DNA from: a virus
Taxonomy: Duplodnaviria > Caudoviricetes
Virus record (IMG/VR): IMGVR_UViG_3300028591_000100
Coordinates: 90,704 to 154,703 of that record
Strand: one strand, 5' to 3'
DNA: 64,000 nt
The notes below the pieces were generated by a model, which saw only the letters and a list, made by a program, of their open reading frames with translations, made no database searches and was not told where the DNA came from. The first letter of the stretch is position 1; the number at the start of each line of letters is the position of its first letter. This document shows, piece by piece, positions 50,597 through 61,602 of the stretch. Made by a program: the position numbers and the translations under genes.

Positions 50597-52336
50597 TTAA
50601 TTATTGTTGTATTCTTTTAAAGTGTCCCAACAAGACATTGGTTTCTTTTGCTTTGTTTCAGCAATATTAGAAACTTCAGGCTCACTAACAGGAGCACTAT
50701 ATACAACAGTTTCTTCTGTAGTTTTTTTTTCTACAGTTTCACTAACTTTATTTTTATTAGCACTAATTCTATCTTCAAATAACTTTAAAGCAATCTTATT
50801 CTTTAAAGTATCTATGTCTTGAACCTCACCAGATTCACACATAGCATACATAGCTTTTGAATCTTCTTCAGCTAATTCAGCATAACCAATAATTTCTTGT
50901 GCTGTTTTTAAGAACTCAGCTTTCTTAGCAGCTTCAATCTTTTCAGAATATTCTGCATTTTTAGCTTTTTCTGCCTCATATTTCTTATATAAAGAAGAAA
51001 CAGTGTCTTCGCTGATTTCTTTTTCGAAATTTAAAATAGAATTTCTAAACTCTTGAGTAGCATTAGCAAGTAATTCACCTGCAACAGCAGCATCTTCAGC
51101 ATTTTGTCTCTTAATTCTATCTAAGAACGCGATAACAGCTTCTTGATCTTGATGGAACTCAGTATAGTAACCACAAGTATATGCAATATCAGTAGCAAAA
51201 GAAGTCATCTTATCTACTAGATATGTTAAATCATAGATAATCGTACTGGTTTCGCATGGGCAAGCACTAGTTTCTTCAGAAGCATATTGGCCATCAGTAG
51301 CTGTTTCTTCAACACTTGCATTTTCAGTTTGTTCACTTTCTGTTACTGTTGTGTCTGTAGCAACACCCTCGTTGGCAGTTTCTTCAGCAGAAGCAGTTCC
51401 TTCTTGAGCTTCATTATTTTCGAAATTCTCAGTAGCAGTACTCTCTTCTGTTGTAGCTGTAGATTCTTGAGTTTGCTCCTCTGCTTGAGCAGAAGTTTCT
51501 ACAGTTTCAGTTACAGTTTGTTCTTCACTAGAAAATTGTTCAGGTTGATTTTCAGTTGCTGGATTTTCATTGCCAATGTTTTCAGTTGTCTTTTCAATAT
51601 CCATTTGTGAAACTTCCTCCTTTACATTATTTGAGCCATCCATTTTCTCATAAGCAAGTCTAATTGCTTTTGATTGTGCTTCAAAAGCTTCCTTGCCCAT
51701 GATATCAATTACTGATAGCCCAGCATTTTCAATTCCAGGCTCTACCTTGACACCATTTCTAGATCCTAAAATTGTAATACCAACTAAATTAAATTTGTTG
51801 ATTTTTAAAACTCCATCTGGGAGCTTCTCAGATTCTAAAATGTCGACTTCAACAGATACATTTTTTGCAGGACCGCCTTTTTCTTTAGCTTTGATTGCAT
51901 CCTTTAATAATTTCTTTACCTGTTTATATCCATATTGAACCCACAAGCAACATGTAAGTTCAATCCATTTTAGACCATCTTCACCATCAACTATTTTTAC
52001 CCCGTCTTTTTCTCTGATAACACCAAGTATTCTTTCGCCTTGTTTACCTAAGGTATCCCAATAACTCATTTGTGTTTCAGTATCATAACTCCACTCACCA
52101 TTGTGACTAACAAAATCACCATTTTCAAAATAACCTAAAATAGGTTTATTAATAAATGTTGGTAAAGCATCTGCCATAGACTCTGGAGTAAACCATGATT
52201 TATTAACATTAGGATTAGCACTACTGATAACTCTCATAGAAAGCTCTAGAAAATCCTGTTGTAATAACTTCTTAATGTCTATAGATTCAGCATTTACTTC
52301 AAAACACATTCTATTATTCCCCATCAGTAAGCGCAC
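50597..52336 (-). CDS. Prohead protease/scaffold fusion
   Basis: N-x-NxSWF...NKPIL...H...NVSVEV...GITILG...PG protease pattern with an acidic scaffold tail; true start is probably 52324. Confidence 0.7.
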   Translation of the reverse strand: MRLLMGNNRMCFEVNAESIDIKKLLQQDFLELSMRVISSANPNVNKSWFTPESMADALPTFINKPILGYFENGDFVSHNGEWSYDTETQMSYWDTLGKQGERILGVIREKDGVKIVDGEDGLKWIELTCCLWVQYGYKQVKKLLKDAIKAKEKGGPAKNVSVEVDILESEKLPDGVLKINKFNLVGITILGSRNGVKVEPGIENAGLSVIDIMGKEAFEAQSKAIRLAYEKMDGSNNVKEEVSQMDIEKTTENIGNENPATENQPEQFSSEEQTVTETVETSAQAEEQTQESTATTEESTATENFENNEAQEGTASAEETANEGVATDTTVTESEQTENASVEETATDGQYASEETSACPCETSTIIYDLTYLVDKMTSFATDIAYTCGYYTEFHQDQEAVIAFLDRIKRQNAEDAAVAGELLANATQEFRNSILNFEKEISEDTVSSLYKKYEAEKAKNAEYSEKIEAAKKAEFLKTAQEIIGYAELAEEDSKAMYAMCESGEVQDIDTLKNKIALKLFEDRISANKNKVSETVEKKTTEETVVYSAPVSEPEVSNIAETKQKKPMSCWDTLKEYNNN

Positions 52337-52853
52337 CTCCTCGATTATATTTTTTCGCCTCTAACATACGCGTATTTTTTTCTATGTCGTTCTGTTTGTC
52401 TTGATCTTGTCCGCCTTTATGTCTAACAAACTCTTCCTTGGGAGGTAATTTGTCAAATCGATACATCACATCCTCAATAAATGAGTTGCCGCCTAACTTC
52501 TTATAAGCATCGTATAAATCATGAATATTTTGATAATCATAATCATTACGATAGCCTTTGTCTACACACTCATAAAAACAATTTTTAATATCATTACGTA
52601 ATGTGCATAAAGTGCCTTCACTAACTAAATCTATTTTTAAATCAATACGGTCAATAGATTTTTTAATAGGCTCATTTTCCTCGACCACAACAGCACGAAC
52701 ATTTTTTCTAAGTTCTTCCTCTCTCTTTTCCTTTGCTTCCTCACTTTTTTCTTTCTTCTTATCATGCCAATCTTTCCAAAATAAACTAGCAATTGTAGGA
52801 AGAGATAGCGCAGAAACAATTAGAGAAACAACTGGAATCCAACTTGTATCCAT
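52314..52853 (-). CDS. Membrane-anchored phage protein (Y-x2-Y-x2-LGGN family)
   Basis: N-terminal TM helix and LYDAYKKLGGNS motif. Confidence 0.5.
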   Translation of the reverse strand: MDTSWIPVVSLIVSALSLPTIASLFWKDWHDKKKEKSEEAKEKREEELRKNVRAVVVEENEPIKKSIDRIDLKIDLVSEGTLCTLRNDIKNCFYECVDKGYRNDYDYQNIHDLYDAYKKLGGNSFIEDVMYRFDKLPPKEEFVRHKGGQDQDKQNDIEKNTRMLEAKKYNRGGALTDGE

Positions 52854-52854
52854 A

Positions 52855-53355
52855 CTAATTCCCTGTGCTAATAAAGTTAGTGTATTCAGTAATGTGAATA
52901 TTTAACTCATTAGCTCCTAAAACACCTGCAATATGTAACCACTCCTCAGCTTGTTTTATATAAGGAGTGATTAGTTGCAAAAATTCTTCTCCGAAAATAC
53001 GCACTTCGTCGTCATTTTGCATGTCTGCAGTTTCTATTAAACCACAACAAACCTTTCTTAAGTTCATCATAGTATCTAAAATCTTATTAAATATAACGGT
53101 TAGGTCACTAATATCATCTTGATATTCTCCTATTGTCCCTCTGGTAGGTCTAGCACCTAACAATAACATTTGATCTGTAATCATGTCAGCCCACTCAGGC
53201 ATCACATGTGCAATATTTAAGTGTACAATTTTAGCTATTTTTTTATAGTAATAATAGTCTAAATTGTAAGCCAAATTATCAAAAATAGCGTTTGCGTCAA
53301 AACACAAAGTGGCTAGTTGATTCATTTGTCTATAAGTTGTTTCAGATATTTTCAT
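52855..53355 (-). CDS. Ferritin-like four-helix protein
   Basis: 166 aa helical pattern with H-x3-AH...AD...LGARP. Confidence 0.45.
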   Translation of the reverse strand: MKISETTYRQMNQLATLCFDANAIFDNLAYNLDYYYYKKIAKIVHLNIAHVMPEWADMITDQMLLLGARPTRGTIGEYQDDISDLTVIFNKILDTMMNLRKVCCGLIETADMQNDDEVRIFGEEFLQLITPYIKQAEEWLHIAGVLGANELNIHITEYTNFISTGN

Positions 53356-53377
53356 TTATCATTACCCCCTTGTGTTA

Positions 53378-55264
53378 CTAATGCTCTCTATTATCTGATG
53401 TATCACTACCATCATCTCTAGATTTCCGTGTGTTCTCATTATCAATGTCGTTTTCTGCTATCTTTGGACGCCCCACTTGTTTATCACCAGCTGCGGCTGC
53501 TGTTAATTCAGCATCCCTTTCTTGCTGTTGTTGCATCAACTCAGCACTCTTTAATTGAGAGTAAGTCATAAAATCTTTATAGAAATCTAATGTCTTAATA
53601 TAATTAGTAATAGCTTTAGTATCTCTCATACTAATTCCTTCCGCTGACATAAGTTTAGGAAGTAAAGCTACATTACCGTTCGCTACAATTTCTTTTAAAT
53701 ACTTTTTATCGTTCTCTAAATTAAAGATGTCTCCCCAAATTTCAATTCTCCATTTATACTTAAAACCAAGTTTATGTTGTAGAATAAAATTCATAACATT
53801 ATTAAATTGTAATGTTACATATCTTTGTTGAGATGCTGCTAATTGTTTTGCAACATTAATTTGAGCTACATTTGGTTTATCTGTTACAATCGTTAAACCA
53901 CCTTCACCTGCAGTTTCAATAAAGTTTTGAGTTGCCTCAGATAAAATATCAGAAGAGTTTACATCCGCTGATAGTTGTTGTAGCTTAATATTTTTAGCAG
54001 GCCACAACCAAGCCTCGACATTTGTACTTGTCGCTTGATTGAATTGAGTCATATAGCCCTCTAGTACTTCTGGTGCATATACAGATTCGTTTTTACCAGC
54101 TCTTGGATTAGCGATAGTTTCAATTTCACCTGTTAATACTGCGGTTAATGGAGTACTAGCAATTAAACCAGCTAATTGACCATAGTCAGTTAATTCTTGT
54201 AATTTTAACATTAAACCCATTGTATCTGGTGCTACCCATGGATGTGAATTATCACTACCAAAAGTATAGCAAATATCATAAGGCATTCTTAACCAGAATA
54301 AATAATTCTCTTGTTTCCCTTTTGAAGCCAAAATTTCTATTGAACTTGTATAAGTATTACCTTCATAAGAGAAATTATATTTTCGAGCTTTATCAGCATT
54401 AAAACTTCTCTTTCCAGCTTCGTCGGTAGATACGATTCCTGTATTAATCATATCTTCCCATGCTTTTTCCATAAAATCACCAAAATCACTAGGAGTGTTG
54501 GCAATATTTAAGAAATATAACATATTAAAAGATATAGTAAAACCTAATTGACCTTTACCAGTAATCTTAACCCATTCTGTTGGCATTTTTTGTAATGCAC
54601 AGAAGCCAGGTGTTCTGTTTTTCCCTTCACCGTTAAACTTATTTCTTAATAAATAACTGCTTTTACCCTCTCTTTTCACTTCCATCGCAATGGTTTTAAA
54701 AGTATTCGGTATATTAAATAACTGTAGCCAGTCCTCAACTAATTGATTCTCAGCTGTAAAAGTTGAATCTTTATAAGAACCGTCCCCCTCTAATAGTTCT
54801 GGCACAATAAAATAATTGTATACAGGAATATCAGGAGCTCTTCTTAATATATTATAATAAATCTGTTGCGAGCTAGCATTAGCCCAACCTAACCCTCTTA
54901 ATTCTCTTTCATGATTAGCAGGACTACTTAAAAACGATGCAATGTTCTGTTTATTATAAGTTTTTGCTGCAGTATATAATTGTTTAATTCTTTGGTTTTG
55001 TAAGAATGGATTCAACTTATTCCACTTTGCCACTGATGTGCTTAAACCAGAACCATCTCCAGCTAAAGTAGCAATTTTATTAAAGGTTTTTCTCCATTCT
55101 TGTGTGGTTAATTCTATAGTAACTTCTTCAGTTTCTTGTGTCCCATTTTTTTGGGCCATATCTAGTCTTTCTTGCCCAGTTTCATCAACGACCTTGTCTT
55201 CATTAACAGGTTTTTTAGGACGTCCAGGCTTAGCCTTTTTTTCTTTCTTTGTTTCTTGTGCCAC
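53378..55264 (-). CDS. Portal protein
   Basis: 628 aa, downstream of terminase; C-terminal GRP-x-D tail typical of portals. Confidence 0.7.
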   Translation of the reverse strand: MAQETKKEKKAKPGRPKKPVNEDKVVDETGQERLDMAQKNGTQETEEVTIELTTQEWRKTFNKIATLAGDGSGLSTSVAKWNKLNPFLQNQRIKQLYTAAKTYNKQNIASFLSSPANHERELRGLGWANASSQQIYYNILRRAPDIPVYNYFIVPELLEGDGSYKDSTFTAENQLVEDWLQLFNIPNTFKTIAMEVKREGKSSYLLRNKFNGEGKNRTPGFCALQKMPTEWVKITGKGQLGFTISFNMLYFLNIANTPSDFGDFMEKAWEDMINTGIVSTDEAGKRSFNADKARKYNFSYEGNTYTSSIEILASKGKQENYLFWLRMPYDICYTFGSDNSHPWVAPDTMGLMLKLQELTDYGQLAGLIASTPLTAVLTGEIETIANPRAGKNESVYAPEVLEGYMTQFNQATSTNVEAWLWPAKNIKLQQLSADVNSSDILSEATQNFIETAGEGGLTIVTDKPNVAQINVAKQLAASQQRYVTLQFNNVMNFILQHKLGFKYKWRIEIWGDIFNLENDKKYLKEIVANGNVALLPKLMSAEGISMRDTKAITNYIKTLDFYKDFMTYSQLKSAELMQQQQERDAELTAAAAGDKQVGRPKIAENDIDNENTRKSRDDGSDTSDNREH

Positions 55265-55661
55265 TATTACCCGCCTCCTCCTGTTGTTGTTTTAGAAGAA
55301 CATCAACCTCTTGATTAAGCATCTTTAAACCTTTCATGGTGTTTTTGAGCATTTCTTGATTTTCTTGCTCATATTGATTATAACTAATTTTCATTAGCTT
55401 ATCTTCTAACCACCAATTTATAGATTCTGTTTCCTCTGGTTGATTGTCTCTAGAATAAATGTCCACAAAAACTTTTGTATAATTATTTAATTTTAAAATT
55501 CTGATAATCCTTTTTTCTGTAAGAAAATTACCATCTACCTCAGCCACATATAAGCTTTTATTTTCCCACAGAACAGAAGCATGTTGAGATATTTTTTTCA
55601 ACATACCACTAAAATTTGCATTTTGATTATCAAAATCAGCTATGATTTTACAACATATCAT
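55230..55661 (-). CDS. Hypothetical protein
   Basis: 143 aa between terminase and portal. Confidence 0.55.
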   Translation of the reverse strand: MICCKIIADFDNQNANFSGMLKKISQHASVLWENKSLYVAEVDGNFLTEKRIIRILKLNNYTKVFVDIYSRDNQPEETESINWWLEDKLMKISYNQYEQENQEMLKNTMKGLKMLNQEVDVLLKQQQEEAGNSGTRNKERKKG

Positions 55662-55694
55662 ACCCTATTCTCCTTTTGCCTCTACATATTATTA

Positions 55695-57617
55695 TTATCT
55701 AAATGGATTTTTACCGCCAAACGGGCTACGTGGTTTGTTTGAAGTTTTTAAATTTCTAAATCCCCCAAGCCAACTATCGTTAGCCAATGCCTGTTTTTTC
55801 TTTTCAGGGTCAAAAACACTAGAATAATCTAAACCAACACCATCACCGTATTCATCATTATCTCTAATGTTTTTAATTTCCCAACAAGCCATAACACAAA
55901 CATAGTTACGGTCATCGTGCATTTTATTACGTTTATCAGGTGGAAGTTGATAAGTAAGCTTGCCTGTTGGTGTTTTAGTTCTGATCATAGAAATAGCTTC
56001 CTCTTTCATTAAATCCATTTGAATCAATGCATTCATTTCTTGGTTAGTTAATTTTCTTTCTGTTCCATCGTCTAAAACCAATGTATCATACTTAGGACAC
56101 TTAGGTGGAAATTTTATACTTCCTTGTGGAACCAATAAGTGTGCTGCTTCAAACATGTCATTTCTATATTTAGAAGGTTCAACTAGTTTTAAACAACCAG
56201 CAACACATTTCTTGTGTTGAGTATATGGTTCTGCCCATAACACACTATACTCATCGTTTTCATCATAAACACCAGGGTGCTCTTTACCATATTCATCTAC
56301 CCAAGGTTTACATAGATATTGGGCAATACTTGAAGATTGACCTCCAATACCATTATCAAGTATAAGAGTTACATTTTCATATGGAGCAACTTTATCTCTA
56401 CCATTATACTCGTAAAGAAGTTTTCTAATAGTATCAACCTGCTCTTCGATTTTCATTGGTCTTTTAGAACCATCCCCATATTTAACAAACAAGTTAATCA
56501 TGTTTACGAATCTACCGCAAGCACGCTTAGATGAATCTAAGAAAACCTCTGTAATAAGGACAGGAGCATTATCCACTTTAGATGAAGGGTCATATGTAAT
56601 AATATACTTATGCTTTTTACCACCCCATGATGTGACAGGAACAAAGTTTTCTGTATTTTGTAATATATCTGTTCTTGTCATAACTGCATCATCTAAGTTA
56701 AAATGGTCAAAAATATTATAATACTCTCTATGAGCAATAATTTCATTTTCTCTCATAGCAGCATCAACAGTAGCTTGAGATAATAATGGTGGAATTTCTA
56801 TACCGTTTACAGTTGGGTGCATTGGAACTTCACAGCTTAAATCAGCTACGAACCAGTTATTGTCACCAATCAGCATACGTTTTGTTCCTTCTTTATATTG
56901 TGAATAAAAGAAAGAATCTGTATCTGACGCAGAACCAATATATACTCTTTGGTTTGGAATATCTAATGGATAAACCTCTGCATCAAAATTTGCTCCTAAC
57001 TTAAAGCCTGAGTCTTGAACAGTAAATGGGTTACATACTTCAAAAGTTTCTTTTGAAACGAAACCAGCTTCATCATAAACATTCAAGTTAGAACGTTTAC
57101 CACGCGCTGATCTTGAAGCACCAGCAACCGCTGTAATTTCAGAGCCATTTAATAACATACATTTAGAACCATTTTTAGCATCATGAGTAAAACCATCACT
57201 ATCACTTTTTGTTTTAAGTAATTCATCAATAAACACAGTATTAGTATTTAAAATGGTTTTAATATTGTTAGTGGCTATATCTTCCATTTTTTTAAATGTA
57301 TCATTTGCTGTTGTCCAGTTTTCCGAAATAATTCTCGTCATAAACTTAGGGAACAGTATATTTCTAGCCATTATATAACAACCGATAAAAAATGATTTAC
57401 CAATGTTACGAGAAGCCGCTATGGCAACATCTGTTGCAGCCCACATCATGGAAACCATCCATCTTTGATAGTCCATAAGTTGAATACCTAAAATTAATTC
57501 AATGAATTGAACAGGATTTTTGCGCCCCCATTGAATAAGTTTTATATATTTTTTCATGGCATCATAGTCTCTTGTCGTGACATTGTTGTCTATCTTATGC
57601 TTGTAAATACTTATCAT
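55695..57617 (-). CDS. terL: Terminase large subunit
   Basis: Walker A-like ASRNIGKS, RGKR...YDEAG Walker B, nuclease YDPS...D...HDDR. Confidence 0.9.
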   Translation of the reverse strand: MISIYKHKIDNNVTTRDYDAMKKYIKLIQWGRKNPVQFIELILGIQLMDYQRWMVSMMWAATDVAIAASRNIGKSFFIGCYIMARNILFPKFMTRIISENWTTANDTFKKMEDIATNNIKTILNTNTVFIDELLKTKSDSDGFTHDAKNGSKCMLLNGSEITAVAGASRSARGKRSNLNVYDEAGFVSKETFEVCNPFTVQDSGFKLGANFDAEVYPLDIPNQRVYIGSASDTDSFFYSQYKEGTKRMLIGDNNWFVADLSCEVPMHPTVNGIEIPPLLSQATVDAAMRENEIIAHREYYNIFDHFNLDDAVMTRTDILQNTENFVPVTSWGGKKHKYIITYDPSSKVDNAPVLITEVFLDSSKRACGRFVNMINLFVKYGDGSKRPMKIEEQVDTIRKLLYEYNGRDKVAPYENVTLILDNGIGGQSSSIAQYLCKPWVDEYGKEHPGVYDENDEYSVLWAEPYTQHKKCVAGCLKLVEPSKYRNDMFEAAHLLVPQGSIKFPPKCPKYDTLVLDDGTERKLTNQEMNALIQMDLMKEEAISMIRTKTPTGKLTYQLPPDKRNKMHDDRNYVCVMACWEIKNIRDNDEYGDGVGLDYSSVFDPEKKKQALANDSWLGGFRNLKTSNKPRSPFGGKNPFR

Positions 57618-58762
57618 AAGACATCATCCCCGTCGTATATTTTATACTCTCGACTAAGAAAATCTTTAATTTCTTCTTCTGAAATGCCCTTCCTTCTATA
57701 ATCTGCCTCAAGCTCGTCTAATAATTCTTGTTTTTTAATTTTACATTTAGCTAAACGCAACGCTTCTGTTGCATTATCAGCAATCTTTCTAAAATTACGA
57801 ACTAATTTACATTGTTCGCTAACAATATCTACATAATCAGTCTTAGATAACTTAACCTGATTGAGTTGAGCCTCCATACTAATGTTTGCTATTTCCTCAA
57901 TAGATTTAGATGTTTTAATGTCATAGAAATTTACAACACCATCATCAATACTCTTTTCATCTATTTGAGCTAAAACATCAGACAACATTCCTCGTCCGTT
58001 AGAACCAATACCTTTTACAGTGAAGTTATTCTTTTCAGCTGTCTGGTTAATATTAGTTTGAATCTTTGATATTAATGTTAAATATTGATCCATTGACTTT
58101 TGAGTGTCTTCATCAACTTGTCCTGATGAAGTAAGCTCAGCAACTTTTCTTTGATATTTTTCAATATTACCATATGAACGAACAATAGAAATTGCTGCTT
58201 TTTGTCTTGCAACATCCTTTCTCATCGCTTCGCTACTCATACCAGCTAAGTCTCTGTATAACTGAGGCTTGTCGATTTCAGATTCACCAGCAAAAGGGTC
58301 ATAAGAAAAGACTTCAATAATGATTTGTCTATTCTTTCTATCCTCTTCTGATAGTGTTCCTAAATACTCTTGTTCGCTATAAATCTTTTCAAAATTATCT
58401 ATAGTCAACTGAGATAAAAAAGTGACATCTTTGTATCTGATGTCATCTTTTATAGTGTCTGTATAAATTTCAGGTAATTTTTTTATAGCTTCTTCATTAC
58501 TGATAAACTTTTTACAATACTTATCGGAATAAGCTATGTTATTATTAAAGCAATATTCAAACAAGGCCTTTTTATAGTTACCTTCATATTTTTCTAATAT
58601 TGCCTCAAACTTTACTCTTTCTTCTGTTTTTTCTTCTGTAGAATCGGAAGCTTCGTCAACTACGGCTTCTTGTTCTTCTACGTCCTTTAATTCTTCGTTC
58701 ACAAAACTTCCTCCTTTTCTATCAAATATGGACGGGCCACCAGGACCCGTCCTTCGGTTCAA
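57614..58762 (-). CDS. Putative terminase small subunit/packaging protein
   Basis: Overlaps the terL start; helical; real start is probably the GTG near 58700. Confidence 0.45.
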   Translation of the reverse strand: MNRRTGPGGPSIFDRKGGSFVNEELKDVEEQEAVVDEASDSTEEKTEERVKFEAILEKYEGNYKKALFEYCFNNNIAYSDKYCKKFISNEEAIKKLPEIYTDTIKDDIRYKDVTFLSQLTIDNFEKIYSEQEYLGTLSEEDRKNRQIIIEVFSYDPFAGESEIDKPQLYRDLAGMSSEAMRKDVARQKAAISIVRSYGNIEKYQRKVAELTSSGQVDEDTQKSMDQYLTLISKIQTNINQTAEKNNFTVKGIGSNGRGMLSDVLAQIDEKSIDDGVVNFYDIKTSKSIEEIANISMEAQLNQVKLSKTDYVDIVSEQCKLVRNFRKIADNATEALRLAKCKIKKQELLDELEADYRRKGISEEEIKDFLSREYKIYDGDDVL

Positions 58763-58811
58763 AATATTTTTTAAAATGGCCCAGCTACTTCACTGGGCCT
58801 TCGATTCAAAA

Positions 58812-60101
58812 TTATTTAATGTCTAGATTAATGTAGTTTACTGATTCAACATCATCCTTAAAGATTAATAATGTTTGTTCAGCATTACCATATAATCTCT
58901 TTGATTGTGCATATGAATCAGAACCACAAATACTTGAGTTTACAAAAACCTTAGCACCTTGGAATGATTTCATCTTAGACTCATGATAATGTCCAACACA
59001 TACGTAATCAATATATTGTCTTGTTGCACCTAGCATACCTTGAATAATTGTATTAATATTCTCTCTATGACCATGCGCAAACATCATTTTTTTTCCGTTC
59101 AATAACTCAAACATACCTAAATCAACATCTAAATTATCATGAACGATTTGAATATTAGTATCCTTTAATCTAGCCTCTAGATAAAAGTCAATAAGTCTAA
59201 AATAATTTTCTTTTTCTATGTTTTGTCTGAAATCAGGAGTAACTCTACTGTGGTTATCAGAGCAAGAACGATAGATAACTTCTGGAGCGGCGGCCTGCAA
59301 TTGATTTAAAGCTTCAGCCATAATTTCAGAAGCAGTCATAATTTGCGAAATTAAATCCTCATTATTTTCAATACGAGCAGAAACGTGTATGTTTCCGTGA
59401 ATTAAATCTCCTAGATTTAAAACATTTAGCTTGCGCACGTTATTGTGCTGACATAACTCGATGGTTCTGTTAACGTATCTTTGTACTCTACGACGAGCAA
59501 TTTCAACATTGTATTTGTTATAAAAGTTATCAAGTTCCATACCAACATGTAGATCTGAAAATAACATCACTGCTTCGACATTGTCGTTAAACACACTCTC
59601 GTCGATTGAATCTTCAATAGCAGGTAAATCTTTTAATTTGGCAACAGATTCCTTAATTAAGTCATTCATATACTCAACTCTAGCATCTTCTCTTAATGCT
59701 CTTCTATAAGAATTTGCAGCATCACGAGTTTTTACTTGTTGTTTATATAAACCTCTCTTAATATCCTCAACTTGATTTTCAAATTCTGCAAAAGTGATAT
59801 CATCAATAGTCTTACCACTAATAAGTTTTTCATTGCGAACTACTTCATCATTCTTGTAGCGCTCATTTTTAATCCAACATCTAAGAGATTCTCCATTATG
59901 GATTTCCCCTTTAGCATTTTGTGCTTGTAAGATTTCAGCCAACTTAGTCCATCCGCCGAAAGCTCTTTTTTCACCTTGTGACATTTCTATAAACGCACAT
60001 CCAATGTCATAAATTTCCTTAAGGGTATATTTTTCTTCTTCCCTGTTATCCAAATCAATGGAATCAATTAATTCTTCAAATTCTTTTAGGTTCATTCTCA
60101 A
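58812..60101 (-). CDS. Calcineurin-like metallophosphoesterase
   Basis: SDLH, LGDLIHG, DNH, HGH, GHYH motifs. Confidence 0.85.
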   Translation of the reverse strand: MRMNLKEFEELIDSIDLDNREEEKYTLKEIYDIGCAFIEMSQGEKRAFGGWTKLAEILQAQNAKGEIHNGESLRCWIKNERYKNDEVVRNEKLISGKTIDDITFAEFENQVEDIKRGLYKQQVKTRDAANSYRRALREDARVEYMNDLIKESVAKLKDLPAIEDSIDESVFNDNVEAVMLFSDLHVGMELDNFYNKYNVEIARRRVQRYVNRTIELCQHNNVRKLNVLNLGDLIHGNIHVSARIENNEDLISQIMTASEIMAEALNQLQAAAPEVIYRSCSDNHSRVTPDFRQNIEKENYFRLIDFYLEARLKDTNIQIVHDNLDVDLGMFELLNGKKMMFAHGHRENINTIIQGMLGATRQYIDYVCVGHYHESKMKSFQGAKVFVNSSICGSDSYAQSKRLYGNAEQTLLIFKDDVESVNYINLDIK

Positions 60102-60209
60102 CTCTCCTTTTATTCCTGAAATTTACTGCATGGATATCAAAGAAATGAAATCCACATTTTATTTGGTTTTTTATTTTCTCTCTTATCCATATTAGTATTT
60201 TTTGTTTTC

Positions 60210-61241
60210 CTACATATTTTCAGACTTGGATGCGTTCTTGCTCCATTTCTTAATTCCTATGTAGTTTGCATGATTATAAATATGCTTTAACTCTCTATCT
60301 GGGAACTCTTTGAGTAGAATTGCCCTTAATTCACGGTTATTATGTTCCGCATAAATTTGTCTTAGTTTCTGATCATCTGTATCAGTCCATCTAATAGGCA
60401 ATTCTTTTTGACAAGAACTCTTTCTTATCTTTCTTGCATACAAAGCCTTTTTCTTACGCAAAGATTCTTCATAACATGCTGCACATATAACTCTTTTCAT
60501 CTTACTAGTCTTAATGAACTCATTTCCGCATTGTGGACAAGTTAGTGTATCGTCCTCGAAGCACAAATCACATAAACTTTTCATTTGTGTCTCTAAGTCT
60601 GTAAGCTCATAGCCAGACGTAGCATTCCAATCTACCCATTTAGCATTGAATACAACATTCGTAATACTTTTAATGATATGTCCTGCAGCACTATGGTTTT
60701 TGTATTTTGTATGCTTGACATCAATTTTAATTTCCTTAGCTCTCTCTAAAGATGCAATAAATTTTGTGATGTATGTGTGTCTTTGTGCTCCAATGTTATA
60801 ATTATCCTTACCAGTTGCCAGATAATAAATGTAAGACCTCTCTCTTAGGTTGAAAGTTGCCTTCTTCTTTTTGATTTGCATCATCTTACAGTATGCGATT
60901 GTAGACAATAAAAAAGACTTACAATCCTTTGTGGCCTTGAGCTTCTTAATGTGCTCAATTTCTTTAGCTGTGATGAAAACTTTAAACTCATGGCTTTTAG
61001 GAGCTCTTCTACGCTTCGATAGTTTGACCAATCTTTCGACCTCGTCTAAATCCTTTTGACAATTATCCTCTGCTAGTAAGAACCAGTTTAAAATTTGCAC
61101 AGGCTCGTAATGCATACTTAATAATTTTTTAATGATAAGCAACTGCTGATATTGTTGTTCTACAGCCGATGCGTGAAAAGTTGGAATAACCTTAGTGTAT
61201 CGAATGCACTCGTCTATATGTTTCTTCCAATCAATGACCAC
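60210..61241 (-). CDS. Hypothetical basic DNA-binding protein with zinc ribbon
   Basis: CPQC...CAAC; likely GTG start at 61241 after AGGAGG (the ORF track extends it to 61337, through its own promoter). Confidence 0.55.
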   Translation of the reverse strand: MVIDWKKHIDECIRYTKVIPTFHASAVEQQYQQLLIIKKLLSMHYEPVQILNWFLLAEDNCQKDLDEVERLVKLSKRRRAPKSHEFKVFITAKEIEHIKKLKATKDCKSFLLSTIAYCKMMQIKKKKATFNLRERSYIYYLATGKDNYNIGAQRHTYITKFIASLERAKEIKIDVKHTKYKNHSAAGHIIKSITNVVFNAKWVDWNATSGYELTDLETQMKSLCDLCFEDDTLTCPQCGNEFIKTSKMKRVICAACYEESLRKKKALYARKIRKSSCQKELPIRWTDTDDQKLRQIYAEHNNRELRAILLKEFPDRELKHIYNHANYIGIKKWSKNASKSENM

Positions 61242-61283
61242 TCTATCAAACCTCCTTGTGATGAATGATTCCTCTACTCTTAT

Positions 61284-61311
61284 ATTATAGCAGAATATTT
61301 TTAAAAGTAAA
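61284..61311 (-). promoter_or_regulatory. SigmaA-type promoter (leftward)
   Basis: TTTACT-N16-TATAAT with extended -10 TG. Confidence 0.6.
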
Positions 61312-61602
61312 GGAAAAAGACCTATTTTCTCACACATACGCGCGCGAAGTCACTTTCTGTCTAGCATTGTTGCAAGCAACAAGCCTAGAAAGAATAAGTG
61401 GAGTATTTTTCTTTTACCTATTTTCTTTTTCTACTACGTAGTAAAAAATAAATAACTACAAGTATAATATCTACTTATTATTCTACTCTTATACTGCGTA
61501 GCACAGAGTTTTGTTTCTTTTTCAAAAAGAAAGAAATAATAAAGAAAGAAACAGTTTTTTCTTCTTTTCTTATAAAAAGCGCAAAAATATGTCATGATTT
61601 AG

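Noticed and set aside
261-57701. Numerous short plus-strand and alternative-frame ORFs in the track
   Set aside because: They overlap long coherent minus-strand genes and look like shadow ORFs.
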